NCBI GenBank assembly: GCA_944321145.1
Contig: CALUKF010000001.1
Coordinates: 13,080 to 37,079 of the forward strand
Direction: 5' to 3'
DNA from: an uncultured Odoribacter sp.
GTDB lineage: Bacteria; Bacteroidota; Bacteroidia; Bacteroidales; Marinifilaceae
Length of the DNA stretch: 24,000 nt
Made by a program: the position numbers and the translations under genes. Below the pieces are notes generated by a model. It worked only from the letters and a program-made list of their open reading frames with translations. It made no database searches and was not told the DNA's origin. Below, piece by piece: positions 17,816-24,000 of the stretch (position 1 is its first letter; each line of letters starts with the position of its first letter).

Positions 17816-19693
17816 TTAAACCCATTCGCTCAATTCCAGCCACCTCATTTCTTTTTCGTCTAAAATTTCAGTTATTTCCTGATGCCGTTGGGATTGCCGC
17901 ATAAGCTCGTCCACACACAGCGTGCCGCTGTTTAGCGCTTCCTCGATGGTTGCTTTCTCAGCGTTCAGGTCTTCCATGGCTGCTTCCAGTTCTTCCATTT
18001 CGCGCTGCTCCTTGAAACTCAGCCGGCGTTTCTTCTCTTGCACGGTTTTGGTAGGAGCAGGTTTCGGCACTGCTTTCCGCTGTTCGCGTTCAGCCCGCTC
18101 TTGTGCTTCCCGTTCCTCTTCCTTTTTATTCTTGTATTGTGTGTAGTTGCCTGGAAAATCTTTCACCACCCCATTGCCCTCGAATGCGAATACCCGGTCT
18201 GCCACCTTGTCCATAAAAAAGCGGTCGTGAGACACAATCAGCAAGCATCCCTTGAAGCCTTTCAAATACTCCTCCAATACGTTCAGCGTTACAATGTCCA
18301 AGTCATTTGTCGGTTCGTCCAGAATCAAAAAATTGGGATTCCGCATCAGCACTGTCAGCAAATACAGCCTCCGCCGCTCCCCGCCGCTCAGCTTTTCCAC
18401 CGGCGAATACTGTTGTTTGTCTGTGAACAGGAAATATTCCAAAAACTGTCCTGCCGACATCACCCGTCCGTTCCCCAAGTCAATCCGCTCCCCAATGCGC
18501 TTCACCACGTCAATCGCCCGGTCGCCCGGCTTGAACGCAATCCCCGATTGTTTGTAATATCCGTATACCACAGTCTCTCCTACGGAGATGTTTCCGCTGT
18601 CCGGTTCCAATTCTTGTGTGATGATATTCAGGAACGTTGACTTTCCCACCCCGTTTCTTCCTACAATCCCGATTTTCTCCCCCCGAACGAATTTGTACGA
18701 GAAATCCTTCAATACCGCTTGCCCGTCAAAACTCTTCGACACTCCCTCCAGCTCCAGAATCTTCCGCCCCAACCGTTGCCCTTGAATGTCCAGTTCCATT
18801 TTCCGCTCCGTAATTCCTTGCTCCGCAGCTTCTTTCAACCGGTAAAAATTATCAATCCGGTATTGTGCCTTGTGTCCTCTCGCTCGTGGCATCCTGCGCA
18901 TCCATTCCTGCTCCGTGCGCAACAAATTCCGCGCCTTCTCAGCCGCTGCATTCCGCTGTTCGATGCGCTCCGCCCGTTTTTCCAGATAATAGGCATAATT
19001 CCCGTCATACGCGAACAGCCCGTTCTCATCAATCTCGATAATCTGGTTGCATACCCGGTCAAGAAAATACCGGTCGTGCGTTACCATCAGCAGCGTTCCG
19101 TTCGATTTCCCCAGATACTCCTCCAGCCATTCCGTCATTTCAATGTCCAGATGGTTGGTCGGTTCGTCCAATATCAGGAAGTCCGGATTGCTCACGAGCA
19201 CTTTTGCCAGCCCCACCCGTTTCCGTTGCCCGCCCGAGAGCGTGCTGATTTTCTTGTCATAGAAATCCACCTTCAATTCTCCGAGAATTTGTTTCACCGT
19301 TGCTTCGTACGTCCATGCCCCTTGTGCGTCCATCTCCGGGATTAGCTGCTCCAACGCTTCCACGTCGTTATGCGCCACTGCTTCCTCGTACGCCCGTATT
19401 GTTTGTAGTGTTGGCGTGTCCGATTGGAATACTTCCTCCAGCACCGTATTCTCTTCTCCAAGCTCCGGGTCTTGCTCCAGAATTCCGACCGTAATGTCGT
19501 TGCGGAACACCACCCGTCCCGTCTCCCCGCTGTCCTTCCCCGCTATAATCCGCAGCAGCGTGGATTTCCCCATCCCGTTCCGCGCAATCAATGCCACTTT
19601 CTGCCCCCGCCCCACGCCGAACGTGATGTGCTCGAACAACAGCTGCTCCCCGAACCGCTTGCTCAAATCCTCAACTTGCAAATAACTGACCAT
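17816..19693 (-). CDS. ABC-F family ATPase (Uup-like, two ABC domains plus C-terminal coiled coil)
   Basis: 625 aa with no transmembrane domain. It has two Walker A motifs (ARNGMGKSTLL, GRNGVGKSTFL) and two signature motifs (LSGGQRKR, LSGGERRR). The Lys/Glu-rich C-terminal helix reads KKEEEREAQERAEREQRK...LEAAMEDLNAEKATIEEAL. Confidence 0.95.
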   Translation of the reverse strand: MVSYLQVEDLSKRFGEQLLFEHITFGVGRGQKVALIARNGMGKSTLLRIIAGKDSGETGRVVFRNDITVGILEQDPELGEENTVLEEVFQSDTPTLQTIRAYEEAVAHNDVEALEQLIPEMDAQGAWTYEATVKQILGELKVDFYDKKISTLSGGQRKRVGLAKVLVSNPDFLILDEPTNHLDIEMTEWLEEYLGKSNGTLLMVTHDRYFLDRVCNQIIEIDENGLFAYDGNYAYYLEKRAERIEQRNAAAEKARNLLRTEQEWMRRMPRARGHKAQYRIDNFYRLKEAAEQGITERKMELDIQGQRLGRKILELEGVSKSFDGQAVLKDFSYKFVRGEKIGIVGRNGVGKSTFLNIITQELEPDSGNISVGETVVYGYYKQSGIAFKPGDRAIDVVKRIGERIDLGNGRVMSAGQFLEYFLFTDKQQYSPVEKLSGGERRRLYLLTVLMRNPNFLILDEPTNDLDIVTLNVLEEYLKGFKGCLLIVSHDRFFMDKVADRVFAFEGNGVVKDFPGNYTQYKNKKEEEREAQERAEREQRKAVPKPAPTKTVQEKKRRLSFKEQREMEELEAAMEDLNAEKATIEEALNSGTLCVDELMRQSQRHQEITEILDEKEMRWLELSEWV

Positions 19694-19702
19694 ATCTTCT
19701 TT

Positions 19703-19825
19703 TTACGCTTGCTTCGCTTTTTTCTCCGCTGCCCTTTTGGCTTCTTTCTTGTCTTGCCAAGTGAAATAGATAAGTCCCACGATGGCAATCACTGTTACTG
19801 TGATAGATACTGCAATAGCTCCCAT
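19703..19825 (-). CDS. Candidate 40-aa single-pass membrane peptide (below the ORF-track size cut-off)
   Basis: My hand translation of the minus strand gives MGAIAVSITVTVIAIVGLIYFTWQDKKEAKRAAEKKAKQA*. This is one hydrophobic helix followed by a Lys/Ala-rich tail. The ATG lies 2 nt after the stop of the upstream 61-aa ORF, and the stop lies 9 nt before the ABC-F ATG. GGAGGA sits 6 nt upstream of the ATG. Confidence 0.45.
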   Translation of the reverse strand: MGAIAVSITVTVIAIVGLIYFTWQDKKEAKRAAEKKAKQA

Positions 19826-19827
19826 GA

Positions 19828-20013
19828 TTAATCCTCCAGTTTTGGTTTGTTTCTAACTAAAAAGAGTCCGATTATAAGTGTCGCGATAGTGGCGGCAATT
19901 ACAATTATCACAACTTTTTTGCTGCTCATATCCCCGAATACCGAGGAAAGCAATAATGCTGTCATCATATACTTGGCGATGTCCATCAGCCATTTTCCAA
20001 ATTCTCTTTTCAT
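19828..20013 (-). CDS. Candidate 61-aa two-helix membrane protein
   Basis: MKREFGKWLMDIAKYMMTALLLSSVFGDMSSKKVVIIVIAATIATLIIGLFLVRNKPKLED. It has two hydrophobic segments separated by SSKK and a charged C-terminus. It is the first ORF of the minus-strand gene string. A TAGCTTTG -7-like box (20025-20018, minus) lies only 5 nt upstream of its ATG, so the true start may be the internal Met (19986) or the mRNA may be leaderless. Confidence 0.5.
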   Translation of the reverse strand: MKREFGKWLMDIAKYMMTALLLSSVFGDMSSKKVVIIVIAATIATLIIGLFLVRNKPKLED

Positions 20014-20132
20014 ACTGCAAAGCTACGCATATTTTCCCAAATTGTTTCCGAATAGGGCGGAAAAAGGAGGGAAAATGGGAGGCGGGTGGGTGATGTTTTT
20101 GATATGAAAGTAGAGGGACGGAGATTTGCTTG

Positions 20133-20199
20133 TTACCTGCTTTTTCAGGTCACTTGCAGGTAAGTGGCAGGTAATAAGCAGGTGATAAGCGTCTAAGAG
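20133..20199 (+). repeat. 11-bp periodic GCAGGT(A/G)A repeat array with one inverted copy
   Basis: CAGGT occurs at 20146, 20157, 20168 and 20179, an exact 11-bp spacing. The units are tCAGGTcactt, GCAGGTAAGTG, GCAGGTAATAA and GCAGGTGATAA, followed by a degenerate GCGTCTAAGAG. An inverted copy TTACCTGC at 20133-20140 has its ACCTG core at 20135, again in 11-bp register with the first CAGGT. Confidence 0.8.
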
Positions 20200-20376
20200 G
20201 CTGATAGACAAAAGATAATAAAGGATTGTTTTGTGGGGAGGTGGTTTAAGTAATTGAGTAAGAGTGAGAACTGTTTGAAGTCGCATTTTTCTTGGCGGGG
20301 AAGGGGAGGGGAGGATGGGGCGGTGTGGGAGGCTGGTGGAGGGGACGGGAATTTTTGTATGGATTTTGCACAGGAG

Positions 20377-20407
20377 TTTGGGATTTGGGGGGAATTTGCT
20401 ATTTTTG
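20377..20407 (+). promoter_or_regulatory. Candidate Bacteroides sigma-A promoter (TTTG-N19-TATTTTTG) for tgt
   Basis: TTTG at 20377-20380 and TATTTTTG at 20400-20407, 28 nt upstream of ATG 20435. Confidence 0.5.
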
Positions 20408-20434
20408 CGGTTTAAAATCAGAGATGCACGCACG

Positions 20435-21571
<1,137 letters not shown>

Positions 21572-21600
21572 TTTAGTGTTCAATTTGTTGCGGAAGGCGT

Positions 21601-22680
21601 ATGAAGAAATTGGATTTGTATATTATTCGGAAGTTCTTGGGGACGTTTTTTTTCTCCCTGATATTGTTGTTGTGCATTGTGGTGGTGTTTGATATTTCGG
21701 AGAAGTTGGGGAAGTTCTTGGAGAATGATGTACCGACGCGGGCGATTGTTTTTGATTACTACAAGAATTTCATCCCCTATTTCGCGAATATGTTTTCGTC
21801 GTTGTTCACGTTTATTTCGGTGATTTTCTTTACGTCGAAGATGGCGTATTCGAGCGAGATTATCGCGATTTTGAGTTCCGGTATCAGTTTCCGGCGTTTT
21901 GTGGTGCCGTATCTGGTGTCGGCGACGGTGATTGCGGTGTTGTCCTTCCTGTTGAGCGCGTTTGTGATTCCGGGGGCGAATACGAAGCGAATTGAGTTTG
22001 AGAAGCAGTATATGAATAAAAAATATACGAACAAGGAACAGCATATCCACCGGCAGATTGCGCCGGGGACTTATATTTATATGTCGTCGTATTCGGTGAC
22101 GTCGAACGTGGGGTATGACTTTTCGATTGAGAATTTCAAGGGGGATACGCTAGTGGACAAGCTGACTTCGTCGCGGATTTCGTGGGACAAGGACAGCAGC
22201 CGGTGGGTGATTTATAACTGGAAGCTGCGGAAGATTGACGGGGAGAAGGAGACGTATACGACGGGTTCGCGGCTGGATACGGTGATGGCGTTTCAGCCGT
22301 CGGAGTTTTCGGAGAATCCGAGCAAGATTAAGGAGCAGCTGTCTTTCCCCGACTTGAACCGGTATATCGAGCGGATGAAGCTGAGGGGAAGTTCGAATAT
22401 TATTGATTTTCAGATAGAGAAGTATAAGATTATTGCAAATGCCTTTGCGACGTTTATCCTAACGATTATCGGGGTGAGCATTGCGTCGCGGAAAATCCGC
22501 GGCGGAATGGGGTTCCATTTGGGATTGGGGCTGCTAATCAGCTTCTCTTACATTTTGTTTATGCAAGTGTCGACAGTGTTTGCGACAAATGGAAATATGA
22601 ACCCGCTCCTGGCGGTGTGGATGCCGAATATATTGTATGCGTTGATAGCGATATTCGTGTACAGGACGGCACCGAAGTAG
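21601..22680 (+). CDS. LptF/LptG-family (YjgP/YjgQ) LPS export permease
   Basis: 359 aa. The N-terminus MKKLDLYIIRKFLGTFFFSLILLLCIVVVFDISEKL is typical of the family. It has three N-terminal and three C-terminal hydrophobic helices flanking a periplasmic beta-jellyroll-sized insert. Confidence 0.85.
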   Translation: MKKLDLYIIRKFLGTFFFSLILLLCIVVVFDISEKLGKFLENDVPTRAIVFDYYKNFIPYFANMFSSLFTFISVIFFTSKMAYSSEIIAILSSGISFRRFVVPYLVSATVIAVLSFLLSAFVIPGANTKRIEFEKQYMNKKYTNKEQHIHRQIAPGTYIYMSSYSVTSNVGYDFSIENFKGDTLVDKLTSSRISWDKDSSRWVIYNWKLRKIDGEKETYTTGSRLDTVMAFQPSEFSENPSKIKEQLSFPDLNRYIERMKLRGSSNIIDFQIEKYKIIANAFATFILTIIGVSIASRKIRGGMGFHLGLGLLISFSYILFMQVSTVFATNGNMNPLLAVWMPNILYALIAIFVYRTAPK

Positions 22681-22722
22681 CTTGGCGGGCAGCAAGTGAA
22701 GAATGAATTAATTAAAAAAGAC

Positions 22723-24000
22723 ATGGAAAGAGATTTGAACAGGAACCGGCATTCCTATCGCGCGCGCCGGGAAGACAGTCGGGAGGACTATCAAGGCGCA
22801 AATTCCGAAAGGAGAGAGAGAACAGAACGCCCTCAGCGGAGGGAGTATTTTAGCCATCAACCGGCAGGGACGGAGAATAGGGGGAATGATAGGGAAGGCG
22901 GATGGAGGCGGGAATCAAGATATAACGGGGAAGGGCAACGCCCTTTCCGCCGGGAGGGACAGCCCGGCGATGAGCGCAGGCGCCGCCCGCGCGTGAATGA
23001 GGAGGGAAGGCGTGAACCACGGGAGCAGCATGCTCTGCGGGAGGGAGGGGCTTTCCGTCCGAGAAGGGAAGGCGGGGAATTCCGCCGGAATCATGAAGAG
23101 CGGGAGCCGTGGAAGTCCGACAGGCAGCAAGAGAGACGCGATTACCGGGGAGGCAACCGGGAGGTGCGCGGGACACGGCAGCCGCGCAGGGATTATGCGC
23201 CCGGCGACGGCAAGGCTCCGCAGCAGGATTATAAGCCCGGCAAGCGGAGAAGAATCACAGAGGAGGAGCGGGAGGAATTGCGGCAGAAGCATTATAGCAA
23301 AAAGAAGCAATTGGCGCACAAGCAGGAGCAAGTGGATGAGAATGAGGAGTTGCGTTTGAATCGTTATATCGCAATGGGAGGAGTGTGTTCGCGGCGTGAT
23401 GCGGACGAGTTGATTGCGGCAGGACGTGTGAAGGTGAACGGCGAGGTGGTGCAGGCAGTGGGGACGAAGGTGAAACGGTCGGACACGGTGGAGGTAGACG
23501 GCAAGGCTGTGGCTCCGGAGCGAAAGGTGTATTTGGTGCTGAACAAGCCGAAGGATTATGTGACGACAATGGATGACCCGCAGGAACGGAAGACGGTGAT
23601 GAAGTTGCTGGAGGGCGCGTGCAAGGAACGTATTTATCCGGTGGGACGCTTAGACCGGCAGACGACAGGGGTGTTGTTGTTCACGAACGACGGGGATTTT
23701 GCGAAGAAGCTGACGCACCCGAAGTATGACCGGAAGAAAATCTACCATGTATTTTTGGACAAACCGCTTGCACCGGCTGATTTAGAGCAAATTGCGACAG
23801 GGATTGAGTTGGAGGACGGTTTTATCAAGGCAGACGAGATAGAATATGTGAAGACGGACGGCACGGAGGTAGGGATTGAAATCCATTCGGGAAAGAACCG
23901 AATTGTGCGGCGGATTTTTGAGCATTTGGGTTATCAGATTGAGAAACTTGACCGGGTGTATTTTGCAGGCATCACAAAGAAGAATTTGCCGCGAGGGAAG
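22723..24000 (+). CDS. RluB/RsuA-family pseudouridine synthase with S4 domain and a long Arg/Glu-rich N-terminal extension (3' end outside the window)
   Basis: The frame is open from ATG 22723 to the window end, 426 codons. It is absent from the ORF track because no stop is reached. The S4 domain begins at LRLNRYIAMGGVCSRRDADELIAAGRVKVNG (about 23350). The catalytic block is VGRLDRQTTGVLLFTNDGDFAKKLTHP. The first roughly 205 residues are low-complexity R/E/G-rich sequence. Confidence 0.9.
   Translation, partial: MERDLNRNRHSYRARREDSREDYQGANSERRERTERPQRREYFSHQPAGTENRGNDREGGWRRESRYNGEGQRPFRREGQPGDERRRRPRVNEEGRREPREQHALREGGAFRPRREGGEFRRNHEEREPWKSDRQQERRDYRGGNREVRGTRQPRRDYAPGDGKAPQQDYKPGKRRRITEEEREELRQKHYSKKKQLAHKQEQVDENEELRLNRYIAMGGVCSRRDADELIAAGRVKVNGEVVQAVGTKVKRSDTVEVDGKAVAPERKVYLVLNKPKDYVTTMDDPQERKTVMKLLEGACKERIYPVGRLDRQTTGVLLFTNDGDFAKKLTHPKYDRKKIYHVFLDKPLAPADLEQIATGIELEDGFIKADEIEYVKTDGTEVGIEIHSGKNRIVRRIFEHLGYQIEKLDRVYFAGITKKNLPRGK

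Noticed and set aside
17046-19345. Plus-strand ORFs of 197-208 aa (17046-17639, 18038-18640, 18719-19345) antisense to tilS and the ABC-F gene
   Set aside because: Each is nested inside a strongly supported minus-strand gene. Their translations have no motifs and a skewed composition (Pro/Arg/His/Gln-rich), so they are shadow ORFs.
19694-20013. Leader-peptide attenuation control of the ABC-F gene, as in antibiotic-resistance ABC-F genes
   Set aside because: The upstream ORFs are hydrophobic membrane-type peptides. They are separated from the ABC-F start by only 9 nt, which leaves no room for alternative terminator/antiterminator hairpins.
20133-20199. Repeat array considered as a CRISPR or other spaced-repeat locus
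   Set aside because: The units are 11 bp and directly abutting, with no spacers. This is far too short for CRISPR repeats, and there are no cas genes in the window.
20189-20240. Possible preQ1-type riboswitch upstream of tgt (AGAGG...A-rich tail ATAATAAAGG)
   Set aside because: There is no complementary CCUCU arm to close P1. The segment lies upstream of the predicted tgt promoter. preQ1 riboswitches are associated with que biosynthesis and transport genes rather than tgt.
20023-20433. 136-aa minus-strand ORF and the 40-codon upstream extension of tgt (20315-20434)
   Set aside because: Both are produced by the G-rich/C-rich intergenic sequence, giving poly-Pro/Ser and Gly/Arg strings. The tgt homology begins at MMKFTLL (20435), and a good promoter sits inside the supposed extension.
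22850-23569. Minus-strand ORFs (108, 138, 104, 60 aa) and a plus-strand 120-aa ORF over the pseudouridine synthase 5' region
   Set aside because: They are Pro/Ala/Leu/Ser-rich shadow frames of the G-rich low-complexity coding segment. The frame from ATG 22723 runs uninterrupted into the S4 and catalytic domains.

Overview
This looks like a Bacteroidales chromosomal segment, based on a SusC/SusD pair, TAnnTTTG-type -7 promoter boxes and a two-gene LysO. All family names come from reading the translated ORFs from memory; no search was run.

Layout, left to right:
- 1-143: 3' end of a FecR-type anti-sigma gene.
- 250-8754: a tightly packed plus-strand operon ended by a hairpin terminator. It encodes an STN-domain SusC-like receptor, a SusD-like lipoprotein, a DUF4843-like lipoprotein, a PKD-like lipoprotein split in two by a frameshift at a T7 run, and a TlpA-type thioredoxin-fold protein. 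It contains no glycoside hydrolase.
- 8946-12521: a GH29 alpha-L-fucosidase plus GH2 pair, apparently a separate transcription unit.
- 12522-12825: a 304-bp non-coding spacer.
- 12826-14921: an uncharacterised secreted glycine-zipper protein followed by a split LysO exporter.
- 14986-15990 (minus): gap, convergent and sharing a bidirectional terminator with the LysO unit.
- 16449-20013 (minus): an apparent operon of a 61-aa membrane ORF, a 40-aa membrane ORF, an ABC-F ATPase and tilS.
- 20014-20434: a G-rich divergent intergenic region with an 11-bp periodic GCAGGTAA repeat array and two G-quadruplex-type motifs.
- 20435-24000 (plus): tgt, an LptF/LptG permease, and a 3'-truncated RluB/RsuA-type pseudouridine synthase with a roughly 200-aa Arg/Glu-rich N-terminal extension.

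I found no rRNA, tRNA, CRISPR array, transposase or integrase.

The most unusual items are:
- the enzyme-less SusCD/DUF4843/PKD-like/TlpA locus and its markedly AT-rich composition;
- the frameshift sitting on a correctly phased U_UUU_UUU heptamer;
- the orphan promoter-to-terminator unit at 16328-16449, a candidate small RNA;
- the two tiny membrane ORFs ahead of the ABC-F gene;
- the 11-bp periodic repeat array.
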